Positions 1 to 9,665 of a stretch of 64,000 nucleotides of DNA are shown here, one piece after another. Both the position numbers and the translations under genes were made by a program. Position 1 is the first letter of the stretch. The number at the start of each line of letters is the position of its first letter. The notes under the pieces were generated by a model that was not told where the DNA came from, searched no databases, and was given only the letters and a program-made list of their open reading frames with translations. Source of the DNA: an uncultured Planctomycetales bacterium (GTDB lineage: Bacteria > Omnitrophota > Gorgyraeia > Gygaellales > Profunditerraquicolaceae). The stretch covers positions 287,194-351,193 of the forward strand of contig CAZYCL010000001.1 of NCBI GenBank assembly GCA_964645795.1, given 5' to 3'.

Positions 1-940
1 CTGCCAGGTTCTTGTCGCTTAAGCCCGAGTAAAGCTTTCTGATCTTAAGGCCGATGTCGATCTCGCCGGAAAATTTATTCTGCCATCTTCTCTCGTAATC
101 GTTTATGCGGTTTGAAAGGATGCACTCGGCGAGGATCTCGGCGCAGCGCATTCCATAATAGATGCCGCCGTGGCTTATGGGTTTGACCTGGCAGGCGGCG
201 TCCCCGACGAGCATCAGCCTGTCTTTATGAACACAGCACCTGCCCAAAGGCACGGCGCCGGCGAACTTTTCAAGGATCTCGCCTTCGATGCGGTAGGCCT
301 TAAGGAAATTAGTGAGGTCCTGATAAGGGTTATCGGAGATGATCCCCGCCCGCACGATGCCCTTGCGCTCCGGGATCACCCAGGCAAAAAAAGGCTTCTT
401 CAAATACACCTGGACGAGATTGTCGCCGGAGTTCTCGTATTTCATCCTGAACTGGACCCCGCGCAGATACTTTATATCTTCGCCGAAACCCGCGACCCTG
501 CGCAGCGTCGAGTTTGCCCCGTCGGCTCCCACCACCACGTCCGCGTAAAACTCCCCTTTATCGGTCTCGACCAAATACCCTTTTCCTTGTTTTTCCAACC
601 CAACAAACCTGGTATTCAGCGCTACGTTAAGGCCCAGCCCCAGGCTATAGTCGAACTTTTCCCGGTCGATAACCACCGCGACATCTTTTCGTTCTATCTT
701 AAAACTGTCATCCTTGAGGAATATCCGTGCGCCGTCTATCCTGTTCAAGATTGTAGCGGTATCGAGCTTTAGTTTTGCCTGGTCAAAAACATCCCTGCTG
801 ACAAGCCCGGCGCAATGGACGGGCTTACCGATCTGCCCATGCTCTTCGATCACTAAAACTTCGAACTTATCCTTCCTGGCATTCAGAATCCTGGCCAGGT
901 AACAACCTATGGGGCCGGCCCCTACTATTAATACTTTCAT
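1..940 (-). CDS. Geranylgeranyl reductase family FAD-dependent oxidoreductase. The 3' end is cut by the window edge; the start ATG is at 938-940.
   Basis: Minus-strand translation from 940 begins MKVLIVGAGPIGCY (Rossmann GxGxxG) and continues with GG-reductase-like motifs. It is absent from the ORF track because the ORF runs off the window edge. Confidence 0.7.
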   Translation of the reverse strand, partial: MKVLIVGAGPIGCYLARILNARKDKFEVLVIEEHGQIGKPVHCAGLVSRDVFDQAKLKLDTATILNRIDGARIFLKDDSFKIERKDVAVVIDREKFDYSLGLGLNVALNTRFVGLEKQGKGYLVETDKGEFYADVVVGADGANSTLRRVAGFGEDIKYLRGVQFRMKYENSGDNLVQVYLKKPFFAWVIPERKGIVRAGIISDNPYQDLTNFLKAYRIEGEILEKFAGAVPLGRCCVHKDRLMLVGDAACQVKPISHGGIYYGMRCAEILAECILSNRINDYERRWQNKFSGEIDIGLKIRKLYSGLSDKNLA

Positions 941-1062
941 GCGCAACTGTCCTTTTTTATAAAACGGATATTATGACGATAGTTTTAAATTTGATTACAA
1001 TGATTCAAAACAAAATGCTTTTATATCTCAATCCGGGTAATCTGTTTTTTAAATCCGCGTGG

Positions 1063-1770
1063 TCATTTTAACAAATCTTCTTTTCCGATCTCCTTAAAAT
1101 AGGCGCAGACCATATCGCCTAAAGGCCCTCCTCCGCGAAGGCTTGCATTATACAAAAAAACTACTTTATCCAGATGCCTGCCCGACCTTTGCTCGTTTTG
1201 GTTGCGGTCCCAATACCGGGCAAGGAACAACTGGATGCTGACGTTCTGAGGATCGAGCTTCTCGGCACAGGAAAACTCCTTCTCGGCTGCATCCCGGTCT
1301 CCCATCAAAGAATAAACCCTGCCCAGCGACAAATGATACACGCCGTTGAACGGATCGCGCCTGATCGCCTTGCGGTAGAAACGCACCGCCTTCTCAAGCA
1401 GCCGTCCTCCCTTGCCGTCATCTGCCTCCTGGACAAATATCGCCCTGAGATCCCCGTCCCCCTCTATCTGAACCAGCGCCTGGGCGTATTCGTAATAAGG
1501 CAGGGGGTTGTGCCTCTGCCAGGCTATGGACCTGTCAAGATTTCCCAATAGCTGCCGCCATGCCATTGACCTCTTTACCAGCAGGGCGCGGTTCAGTGTG
1601 CCGATGTAAGAAAGCCGGCTGCGCGCCTTTCTTAAATAAAAGTCGCTGGCCATCCCGGCAGCCGCCAGATATGCCAGGGATAAAGACAGCGCCAGGCATA
1701 AAACCAGTAATGCGCGGGCCGGCCAGGCGCCGATATCGATTTTGCGCTTATCCAAGTATAGATCGGTCAT
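1063..1770 (-). CDS. Membrane-anchored TPR repeat protein
   Basis: One N-terminal TM helix followed by TPR-like repeats (LGRVYSLMGDRDAAEKEF, AVRFYRKAIRRDP). It overlaps the upstream Wzy-like gene by 23 nt. Confidence 0.55.
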   Translation of the reverse strand: MTDLYLDKRKIDIGAWPARALLVLCLALSLSLAYLAAAGMASDFYLRKARSRLSYIGTLNRALLVKRSMAWRQLLGNLDRSIAWQRHNPLPYYEYAQALVQIEGDGDLRAIFVQEADDGKGGRLLEKAVRFYRKAIRRDPFNGVYHLSLGRVYSLMGDRDAAEKEFSCAEKLDPQNVSIQLFLARYWDRNQNEQRSGRHLDKVVFLYNASLRGGGPLGDMVCAYFKEIGKEDLLK

Positions 1771-3076
1771 CTTTAAACCTGCTGTATGCTAGCCTGTAAA
1801 CCAGGCCCATGATGGAAAAAAACATGATGGCGTTAGAGGGTATATGCAAGTTAAAATCCAGGAAAGAATACAGGATGGTAACAAAAACCGAAGTCAGCCC
1901 CCCGAGGGACAAGCATATCGCGTAGCTGCTGTGGCGCTTCATCCATTCCCCCATAACGGACCTGAAGAACCGGTATACAAAAAGGACGCCGATACCTAAG
2001 CCTAACACCCCCGTCTCCGATAACAGCTGGAGCGCGTCATTATGGGCGTAAGTAAAAAAGCTTTGCGCCGGAGTCGTTTTGTAGAGGGCGGACACGCCGC
2101 TGAAAGTCCCCAGGCCCGTGCCGAAAACCGGAAAATCCATCCACATCCGGATGATATCGGACCAGGGATAACCGTGCCCCAGGAAAAGGAAGTTATCCCT
2201 GCTATAAAGGGTGGAAAGCCTGGCAAGTATCGGCCTTGCCTCCAGAAAAAATACGGTAAGTATCAGTGCGCAGGCCAGCCCCACCCATAAAAGAAAGCTC
2301 TTTTGGCGAAGGATGCCTTTTACCCTGGAAAGGAAAAGGAAAACGCACATGCCCATGCCAAAGACGATAATACCGGCCCTGGAGAAGGAAAGAAAAAGCG
2401 CCATGCACATAATCGCGCAACAACACAGGTATACCGCCCTTTTAGAGAGAGGCATCCTCACCAGCGAATACCCCAGGGACAGCGGAATGATCATGTTGAC
2501 GTAACCGCTGAAGTTATTGCGGTTGACGAACGGCCCGAACGAGGCGCTCGGGTTTATGCCCTGCACAAACCAAGAGAACCTGTCCGCCGAGGCATACCTT
2601 TGCGCTATACCCAACAGGCTTATTATCACGCCCAAGACGATAATGACATTGAGCAGTATATCCAGCTGCCGCCTTGTCTGGACGCCATTGACGATCACCG
2701 CGAATATGCCGATGTAAGAGGCGACCTTTAATAGCTGCTCAGAGCCCATCCAGGGGTTTATGCTCAAGCACTGCGGTCCGTACGACGAGGCAGCGCATCC
2801 CTGAAAATAGGCGTTGATCCCCGGGGAGAAAAACCTGATCATGGGAAGAGGCAAAGGGATAAGCTGAAAAACGGCAAGACAGAAGAACAGGAGCAGGGGC
2901 GTCGTGAGGGAGGTCTTTACAAATAAAAGCTGCCTTCGCAAGCACATCCGGGCCATCCACGCAAAGATCATGATGGCCGCGGCTATCTCGATGACCCCGG
3001 AGGCAAAATGAGTTACGCCGCCTGAAGATATGCTGCTAAATATAATAAGAAAGACCAGGAGCGCTTGAGCAACCAT
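1748..3076 (-). CDS. O-antigen ligase/polymerase (Wzy/WaaL) family polytopic membrane protein
   Basis: 442 aa with about 10-12 hydrophobic helices and a large loop, typical of the O-antigen ligase domain. It sits in a Wza/Wzc context. Confidence 0.65.
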   Translation of the reverse strand: MVAQALLVFLIIFSSISSGGVTHFASGVIEIAAAIMIFAWMARMCLRRQLLFVKTSLTTPLLLFFCLAVFQLIPLPLPMIRFFSPGINAYFQGCAASSYGPQCLSINPWMGSEQLLKVASYIGIFAVIVNGVQTRRQLDILLNVIIVLGVIISLLGIAQRYASADRFSWFVQGINPSASFGPFVNRNNFSGYVNMIIPLSLGYSLVRMPLSKRAVYLCCCAIMCMALFLSFSRAGIIVFGMGMCVFLFLSRVKGILRQKSFLLWVGLACALILTVFFLEARPILARLSTLYSRDNFLFLGHGYPWSDIIRMWMDFPVFGTGLGTFSGVSALYKTTPAQSFFTYAHNDALQLLSETGVLGLGIGVLFVYRFFRSVMGEWMKRHSSYAICLSLGGLTSVFVTILYSFLDFNLHIPSNAIMFFSIMGLVYRLAYSRFKDDRSILG

Positions 3077-3098
3077 AGCGAAGGCGGGGCAGGCCTAA

Positions 3099-4958
3099 CT
3101 AACCCTTCTTCTTAGTGGGATCATCGCTGGAATAATAATAGTGGTAGTAATAGTATGAGTCCTCTTTTCTGACGTTTACGTTATTCAGTATCACCCCGAC
3201 TATCCTGGCCTTGGCCTCGACCAAACGCTGCCTGCCTCTGAGTATCAGATCGATGTTCTGGAAGCTGGCCCTGACTACGTCTATGACGCCGTCCACCTTA
3301 TTGGCCAGTATCGCGCTGTCAGCCACAGTAAGCACCGGGGAAGAATCGAGCAACACGCGGTCAAATTTTGTCTGCGCCTCTTCTATAAGCTGACGGGCCT
3401 TGCTTGAAGTCAGGAGCTCCGCGGGGTTCGGGGGACGCGGACCGCTGGTCATGATAAAGAGATTCGGGATGAATGTCTTCTGGACCGAAGATTCAAGATC
3501 GGATGTGCCCGCAAGGTAACTGCTCAAACCCAGGGGGCTTTCCAGGCTCAGGGATTTACCGATGCGCGGCCGGCGCATATCGGCTTCGATGACCAGCGTC
3601 TTTTCGTTTGCGGAAGCAAAAACAATGCCGAGGTTAAGAGAAACCGTGGTCTTGCCCTCCTCCGGAGTGCTGCTGGTAATGAGTATGGACTTCAAAGGCT
3701 TGTCTTCCGTCGAAGAAAAGATTATGGAGGTCCTGATGGAACGGTAAGCCTCAGCGACGCGCGACTCCGGCAATTTAGAGCAGATCACGTCAATTTCCTT
3801 GCCGGTCTTGACGTCGTTCTTGGCTGAAGGCACGTATCCCAAGAACGGCAGCTTGACGTAGGCTTCAATGTCCTCGGCGTTCTTGACCGTAGAATCGAGG
3901 TACTCTATAAGAAACGCCAGGCATATGCCGATAAAGAAACCGATGGCCGCCCCGGTATAAATGTCTCTTTTTCTATTGGGACTGAAAGGCCCCTTGGGCA
4001 CATTGGCCAGATCCACGATGGTTATGTTTGTGGTCTGAAGGTCGGTGGTAACTTCGGTCTCCTTTATTCTCCTGAGCAGTGACTCATACAGGAACCTGTT
4101 GGACTCCACTTCCCTCTTAAGCACCCCGTACTGCACCATCTTGGCGTTCAACTCCAGGAATTTGCCCGTTTCGTCGGAGATGCTCTGCTCCAGGGCGCTT
4201 ATCTTGCTGCGCAGCGAGATCATCGTCGGGTGCTTCGGCTTATAGCGCTTGCCAAGCTCGGAGACCTGGTTTTCCAGACTTATCTTTTCCTGTTTTAACC
4301 TGTCGATAGAACCCTGGACCTGGTGTTCGACATTGGTGACCGAGACGATCTTGTTATTGAGCAGGTAATCGTTAAGGGCGTTCTCCGAGCTCTCCAGCTT
4401 CCCCTTCAGGCTTAACAGCTCTTTTTCGAGCCAGCCGGTAGCGGTCTTGGTAGCAGCCGTCCTTTTTTCTATGTCCTGGCGGATATAGGTGTTGGTAAGC
4501 GCGTTAGCGTATCTGGAGGCCTTGACCGGATCCGGAAAAATGTAAGCGATGTTGAGTATATTGGAGCCGGGGGTCGGATAAACATTTACTCCCCCCAGGA
4601 AGCTTAACTCCGGCTCGCCCCTGTTCATAAACGTGGTATCTCCGGAAGAGGTCAGCTCCTTAAGCACTTCCCTGGCCAGAGACCTGGAATACAGGATATC
4701 GATCTGATTCTGTATGAACTCCCTGTCGATATAGTAAGGGCTGGAGTAGACCTGCTGGATATTCGGGGCGATCTGAGGGGTGCTTCTTTCGATGAGTATC
4801 TTGGCTATCGCCTTATAGAGCGGCACCTTGCGCATGGTCTGAATGGTAGAGATCGTGCCCACGATAAAGAAGCAGGCAAAGATTACCCAGGCCCTCCTTT
4901 TAAGGATAACCAGGTAATCCTTGATGGTGACATCTCTTAATTGCGACGAAGGTAACAT
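3099..4958 (-). CDS. Polysaccharide co-polymerase / tyrosine autokinase (Wzc/EpsB, BY-kinase)
   Basis: N-terminal Wzz-like domain with TM and a coiled-coil periplasmic region. Walker A GKTTVSLNLG. The C-terminal tail YYYYHYYYSSDD is tyrosine-rich. Confidence 0.8.
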   Translation of the reverse strand: MLPSSQLRDVTIKDYLVILKRRAWVIFACFFIVGTISTIQTMRKVPLYKAIAKILIERSTPQIAPNIQQVYSSPYYIDREFIQNQIDILYSRSLAREVLKELTSSGDTTFMNRGEPELSFLGGVNVYPTPGSNILNIAYIFPDPVKASRYANALTNTYIRQDIEKRTAATKTATGWLEKELLSLKGKLESSENALNDYLLNNKIVSVTNVEHQVQGSIDRLKQEKISLENQVSELGKRYKPKHPTMISLRSKISALEQSISDETGKFLELNAKMVQYGVLKREVESNRFLYESLLRRIKETEVTTDLQTTNITIVDLANVPKGPFSPNRKRDIYTGAAIGFFIGICLAFLIEYLDSTVKNAEDIEAYVKLPFLGYVPSAKNDVKTGKEIDVICSKLPESRVAEAYRSIRTSIIFSSTEDKPLKSILITSSTPEEGKTTVSLNLGIVFASANEKTLVIEADMRRPRIGKSLSLESPLGLSSYLAGTSDLESSVQKTFIPNLFIMTSGPRPPNPAELLTSSKARQLIEEAQTKFDRVLLDSSPVLTVADSAILANKVDGVIDVVRASFQNIDLILRGRQRLVEAKARIVGVILNNVNVRKEDSYYYYHYYYSSDDPTKKKG

Positions 4959-4976
4959 ATTTTCTAAACAAACGGC

Positions 4977-5858
4977 CTAAAAAAATGATTCGGGGACCAC
5001 TATCACATCCTCCGCCTTCAGTGAAACCTCCTTGGAAACAGACTCGCCTTTCATGATCCTCGACACCGGTACCGATATGACCCTCTTCTGCCCCCCCTCC
5101 ACCCTTATGATCTTGGTGCCGTTCTGGGCGGCAGTAGGGCTAAAACCTCCTGCCATGCTTATGGCATCGATGATGCTGAGTTTTTTCTTTAATTTATAAA
5201 TTCCGGGCTTGGCAACCTGGCCGACAACCGAAAAATTTCCGTACTCTCCGACTATTATGGTATCATTGGGCCTTACCTCGATATCCGGGGCCTGCTTGTT
5301 CATTATTTTGTCCATATCCACTATCAGCGTTTCCTTTTTGTTGTCAACTACGCGCATTATCTTGATCTTGCTCACGTCAGCCTCTTCGGTAAACCCGCCG
5401 GCAACAGCCATCACCTGAGTAAACGTCATCCCGCCTTTCATCTGGTAAGAACCCGGGATCTTTACCTGACCGAGTATCGAGATCTTGCCGTACTCCTTGA
5501 TTATTACGTTGACCTGAGGATTCACCAGGTAGTCCTTCTCCAGCAAGTACGATATCCTGGCTTCAAGCTGCCTGGCAGTCAGCCCCGAAGCTTTTATATT
5601 GCCCAGGAGCGGATAGTTTATTGTCCCGTCGCGGTTTATCCGGATCTCCATGGAAAGGTCTTCTTCCCCGTAGACGTTCACCTGCAGAAGGTCGTCCACC
5701 GAAAGCAGGTACTCTCTTTCCCTGGCTACCGGCGCCTGTGAATCATTGACCGCAAGAATCGGGCTGACGGCCGAGAAGAACGCCAGCGCCAGCAAGGCCG
5801 GGAAAAAACACCCTTTAGAACCTGGCCTGCGTAGAAAGCCGGACGGTATGCGTGCCAT
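4977..5858 (-). CDS. Polysaccharide export protein Wza (SLBB domain). The start is taken at the internal Met 5858 that gives a Sec signal peptide.
   Basis: NPQVNV / ISILGQV motifs of the Poly_export/SLBB fold. MARIPSGFLRRPGSKGCFFPALLALAFF looks like a signal peptide. The ORF-track start 5936 adds 26 atypical residues. Confidence 0.7.
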   Translation of the reverse strand: MARIPSGFLRRPGSKGCFFPALLALAFFSAVSPILAVNDSQAPVAREREYLLSVDDLLQVNVYGEEDLSMEIRINRDGTINYPLLGNIKASGLTARQLEARISYLLEKDYLVNPQVNVIIKEYGKISILGQVKIPGSYQMKGGMTFTQVMAVAGGFTEEADVSKIKIMRVVDNKKETLIVDMDKIMNKQAPDIEVRPNDTIIVGEYGNFSVVGQVAKPGIYKLKKKLSIIDAISMAGGFSPTAAQNGTKIIRVEGGQKRVISVPVSRIMKGESVSKEVSLKAEDVIVVPESFF

Positions 5859-7197
5859 AATCGTCGAGATCATAATTATAATCGTATCTGGTGTAATCGT
5901 AACCCAGGGAAAAATCCAGCCATTGCCTGAAGGCATAAGCCAGGCCTAACCCGATGTTGCGCGTCTTGGTAATATCGGCCGGAAATACCGTCTTCGGATA
6001 AACCGTGCGGGTGATCCCGCAGTCAAAAGAAATCCTGAGCCTGGGATTGAAGATCAACCGATGGTTGCCGGACAGCGCCAGAGAAGTTGAGTCGTAATTG
6101 CCGGCCGACTCGGGCTCATTATGATGGCTGTAGCCGAAAGAGAACTGCAGGTCGCTGCGCTCCGAAACGATATAGCTTAAAGCCGAACTAAAGCCTATGC
6201 TCTTGGGGATGCCGTAGTTACCCGGATAATGATTGGTAGAGTAACTAAGGGACGAAGAGCCGGTGAGTTTATGAGAAAGAATGTTTGACAGGCCCAGCGA
6301 ATAGGAGTTTGCGTAAGTGTCGATGTTGTCTTGCGTCTGTTGAAGATAATTTGTGCGGTTATGCCGCCACTCCATCGATGCCGTGGTCTTTGGGGCGAGT
6401 TTCAAGTAGCTGGTCAGGGAAAAAGAATCATAGCTGTGGCCGGCGCCTCCGGGGAAACCTCCCGGCTCCACCGCGTTCTCGCTGTCCTCGACCACATCGA
6501 CGTTACGCTTGTAGTTGGTGTCCGTGCGATCGTAGCCCAGGCCGAACCCGAAACGGTTGAACCTTCCCGACAGGGAAGTGGAAAAAGTATTCCTCCAAAA
6601 ATAATTATACTCCTTCTCGTCTATGCCCAGGTCAGTCCCGGCTACATAGTTAGTGAAATAATTATCCGCGAAGGTAAGCGTGTACTTATTGAGTATGAAG
6701 CTGGAAAAAAAGTTAAAGCTCGCAGAGTCCGCGTTGCCGACAGATCGCTGGGCCTCCCTGAAGTCAGTAAATGCAAGATCTATATTCATAAACTTGTCCT
6801 TGCCCAGGAAGTTTATCTTGACTCCCGGGGTATTGCTGAACCCCAACACGGAGTGTTTATCTCCTATGTTGCTGTTCTTGTCGGTGTAAAACGTGGAGCT
6901 GCCAAAATACGGATGCACTTTGGTGATAAACTTCGGAAAAACCCTCTTTGGTTTTGCCTGCTTCCTTGCCAGCGCTTCTTGCGCCTGCACCAGCTGCATC
7001 TCCAGGACCACATCTCTTAAAGAGGAGTCTTTCTCCCGGGCCTGGTTAAGGGTAGCGACCATCATCTGTTCCCGGGGGCTCAAATACAACTCCTGCGCGA
7101 ATACGCCGGCCGGATTGAAGGTAAACGACAAAAGCAGGATCGTTGCTGCCCTTGCCACAACCTTTATGATTTTAGCCTGCCTCCCCTCTTGCCTCAT
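5815..7197 (-). CDS. Outer membrane beta-barrel protein linked to polysaccharide export
   Basis: N-terminal signal peptide, alternating beta-strand pattern rich in Y/G/S/N, and a C-terminal ...STQARF ending in aromatic F. Its start ATG overlaps the PilZ stop (ATGA). Confidence 0.55.
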   Translation of the reverse strand: MRQEGRQAKIIKVVARAATILLLSFTFNPAGVFAQELYLSPREQMMVATLNQAREKDSSLRDVVLEMQLVQAQEALARKQAKPKRVFPKFITKVHPYFGSSTFYTDKNSNIGDKHSVLGFSNTPGVKINFLGKDKFMNIDLAFTDFREAQRSVGNADSASFNFFSSFILNKYTLTFADNYFTNYVAGTDLGIDEKEYNYFWRNTFSTSLSGRFNRFGFGLGYDRTDTNYKRNVDVVEDSENAVEPGGFPGGAGHSYDSFSLTSYLKLAPKTTASMEWRHNRTNYLQQTQDNIDTYANSYSLGLSNILSHKLTGSSSLSYSTNHYPGNYGIPKSIGFSSALSYIVSERSDLQFSFGYSHHNEPESAGNYDSTSLALSGNHRLIFNPRLRISFDCGITRTVYPKTVFPADITKTRNIGLGLAYAFRQWLDFSLGYDYTRYDYNYDLDDYGTHTVRLSTQARF

Positions 7198-7586
7198 TTG
7201 CCAGGTTTGGAGAAAATCCGGGACAGGAAGTTCTTCTTGCTGGCAACCTTGTAAACGGTCTTTATTTTATCGTCGATCAACTTCTGCATGCTCTCGTCGA
7301 TCTCTATAAATTGAGCGCCTATGTCATAAAGGCGGGAATTTTTGCGCTGCCGTATCCAGACGATTTTAGCCAAGGCAGACATGGTAGTAGAGATGCCGGG
7401 GAAATTGAATTTAAGAACGATGAGGGTGGAAGCGGGGAGGTTCTCTTCGGCCCTGAAGCATACCCCACCGGCCCCGATGTCCTTGAGCGCCGTAAGGGTA
7501 AAAGGCTTGTCCTGCGGGTCAGTGACCTTCTTGTATTTGATAAGATGGTAAACCTGCAGACGTATATATTGCCGCTTATTTTTCAT
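7194..7586 (-). CDS. PilZ domain protein (c-di-GMP receptor)
   Basis: RQYIR (RxxxR) and DIGAGGVCF (DxSxGG) motifs in a 130-aa protein. Confidence 0.7.
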   Translation of the reverse strand: MKNKRQYIRLQVYHLIKYKKVTDPQDKPFTLTALKDIGAGGVCFRAEENLPASTLIVLKFNFPGISTTMSALAKIVWIRQRKNSRLYDIGAQFIEIDESMQKLIDDKIKTVYKVASKKNFLSRIFSKPGK

Positions 7587-7684
7587 ATATTTTTAGAGCT
7601 TTTTTTAAATTATCACAAGCCCGCTTCAATGTCAAGAGAAATTCGGGAAGGGCCGCAGCCCATTACTCTTTGGCAGCCAAAGAT

Positions 7685-8863
7685 TTAAGAGCTGCCGGAG
7701 CGGCGCGCTAAGGGCTTTAATAATCTTTTTAAATAAATAAAAGGGAGCCTAAAAATAGAGCCGCAGCCATAATAGCTTGAGACCTCGGCCGCAGAAATAA
7801 ACACCCTCCTGGCCAGAAGCAGGCAAGCTGCCAACAGGTGCGGGGTGAGAAGATAGCTTACCACCGGATACCTCCAGGCATAGCTGGAAGCAAGGATCTC
7901 TCTTTTATCCAGAACATTGTCCAGAGTAAGCCATTTGCCGCATATATAAAGTTTGAGCCTCTGCGGCCTGAAATACTCGAGCGCCGCTTCTGATATCGGG
8001 CTTAAGAATACCTGCCGGGAAAGCAAGAGCGCAAAGTACACCGCCGCTCCCAGGCCGTACTTTTTGGCCTGCGCCCAGACCCTTTCCCAATCCAGCGAAT
8101 GCGCAAAAGAACAGATCAGGCCGTGGAGATCATGGATATACTTAAGCTGGACGAAATCATAATCCGAGCAGGCGCTCAGCGATAAGAATAACAGAAGATC
8201 TTCCGGCGAAGGCACGCTTACCTGACGCCCGGATGAATCGGCGTTAACTGCGAAAGACCAGGTCTCCTCAAGATTGGCGCGCAGGAACCTGTCCCTGAAC
8301 CCCCAATGCAGGTCCAGGTTCACGACATCCTCCTCGGATTCGCTGCTGGCAAACATGATGCTGTTGCGGAACCTGAAGAAGAAACCGGGGCTTAACCCGG
8401 CCCCGCGGTGCTCGAAGCCGTATCCTTTTAGTATCTGCGCCGCCTTTTCTTTGTCCTCGGGCCGGATAAGGATATCGATATCGCATGATGCCTGCCTCAG
8501 AGACGGGTCTTTATGCAACATGCGTGCCATTACCGCGCCTTTCAGCGAGATCGCGGCTATCCCGTCATCCCTAAGGCGGCAAAGCAGGGAAACGGACTCC
8601 TTTTCCAGCCTTAAGCTATTCTTAAGATTAAAGAGAAACAGGCTTTTGAACTCGTCTGTTACCTGGGCGGGAAGGCCGGCAGGATGAAGCCGGCAGGCAT
8701 TCGAGAAAAAAAGCGGGAATAACCCTATTTTCCAGGAGAAATAAAAAAGCTCCCTCCAGTCGCCTGCCGAAAATCCCGCACACCTATCCTCGACTGACTT
8801 CTTATCGGGGATATCGGGCAATAAAGACAGGAAGAGCTCTTTGAACTGTAGCGGGATAGCCAT
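7685..8863 (-). CDS. Uncharacterised nucleotidyltransferase family protein (PF14907-like)
   Basis: Minimal nucleotidyltransferase signature LKGAVMARMLH...CDIDILIRPED (G..x..DhD). 392 aa. Confidence 0.45.
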   Translation of the reverse strand: MAIPLQFKELFLSLLPDIPDKKSVEDRCAGFSAGDWRELFYFSWKIGLFPLFFSNACRLHPAGLPAQVTDEFKSLFLFNLKNSLRLEKESVSLLCRLRDDGIAAISLKGAVMARMLHKDPSLRQASCDIDILIRPEDKEKAAQILKGYGFEHRGAGLSPGFFFRFRNSIMFASSESEEDVVNLDLHWGFRDRFLRANLEETWSFAVNADSSGRQVSVPSPEDLLLFLSLSACSDYDFVQLKYIHDLHGLICSFAHSLDWERVWAQAKKYGLGAAVYFALLLSRQVFLSPISEAALEYFRPQRLKLYICGKWLTLDNVLDKREILASSYAWRYPVVSYLLTPHLLAACLLLARRVFISAAEVSSYYGCGSIFRLPFIYLKRLLKPLARRSGSS

Positions 8864-8919
8864 ATATTCGGATAATCATTCTATCACAGCAAAAGATTTT
8901 TGCAATAAGGCTGGCTTTT

Positions 8920-9663
8920 TTAGGCGTTTTGCCCGCGGCAAAGCGAGAGGGGTTTTTCAAGGCTGCTGGCGGAAAGCAGCTCTTGATCCTGGAGGAGCTC
9001 GTTGGTAATTCCGTCTGCCGTGACGCAGCCGCGGTGCAGCACGATAGTGCGTTCACAAAGGTCGAGTGCCATATCCAGGTCATGGGTAGCGATTATCTTC
9101 GTGTGCCGGAAGGTCTTGAGCAGTTCGATCAGCCGCCTTCGCGAACGGGGATCAAGGCTTGAAGTAGGCTCATCCATTACCAGGATATCCGGCGACATGA
9201 CCAGCACCGTAGCGATGGAAACAGAGCGCTTTTCTCCCTGAGATAGCTTATAGGGCGGCCGCTTCGAAAGGTGAGGCACGCCGACGGTCTCAAGCGCCCT
9301 GGCCACAGCCTGCTTGACCTCTCCCTCCTCCATGCCGAAGTTCAGGGGGCCGAAGGCGACATCGTCGAATACCGTAGGCATGAATAGCTGGTCGTCCGGA
9401 TTCTGAAAGACCATCCCCACGCTGCGCCGCACGGCGTTGAGGTTCTTTGAGGTCAGGGTATAATCGCCGACCCTGACCGAACCGCGGGACGCAAATAAAT
9501 ATCCGTTTAGATGCAGCAACAGTGTTGATTTGCCGGCGCCGTTCTCCCCGACTATCGCTACAGACTCTCCGTGAGAGACGCGAAACGACACACCCGCCAA
9601 TCCCGGCGTGCCGTCTGGATATGAATAATGGAGATCGGCAACTTCTACGATATGATGGCTCAT
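8920..9663 (-). CDS. cbiO: ECF transporter ATPase (CbiO/NikO)
   Basis: Walker A GENGAGKST, LSQGEKRSVSIA signature, Walker B ILVMDEP. It follows cbiQ. Confidence 0.85.
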   Translation of the reverse strand: MSHHIVEVADLHYSYPDGTPGLAGVSFRVSHGESVAIVGENGAGKSTLLLHLNGYLFASRGSVRVGDYTLTSKNLNAVRRSVGMVFQNPDDQLFMPTVFDDVAFGPLNFGMEEGEVKQAVARALETVGVPHLSKRPPYKLSQGEKRSVSIATVLVMSPDILVMDEPTSSLDPRSRRRLIELLKTFRHTKIIATHDLDMALDLCERTIVLHRGCVTADGITNELLQDQELLSASSLEKPLSLCRGQNA

Positions 9664-9665
9664 TT

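Noticed and set aside
170-902. Plus-strand ORFs 170-772, 339-548 and 714-902
   Set aside because: They lie antisense to the clearly coding minus-strand geranylgeranyl-reductase gene (GxGxxG start at 940) and are shadow ORFs.
6285-7309. Plus-strand ORFs 6285-6560, 6331-7020 (229 aa), 6893-7309 inside the OMP gene
   Set aside because: They are antisense to a minus-strand gene with a signal peptide, a beta-barrel pattern and a C-terminal Phe. They have no motifs or SD.
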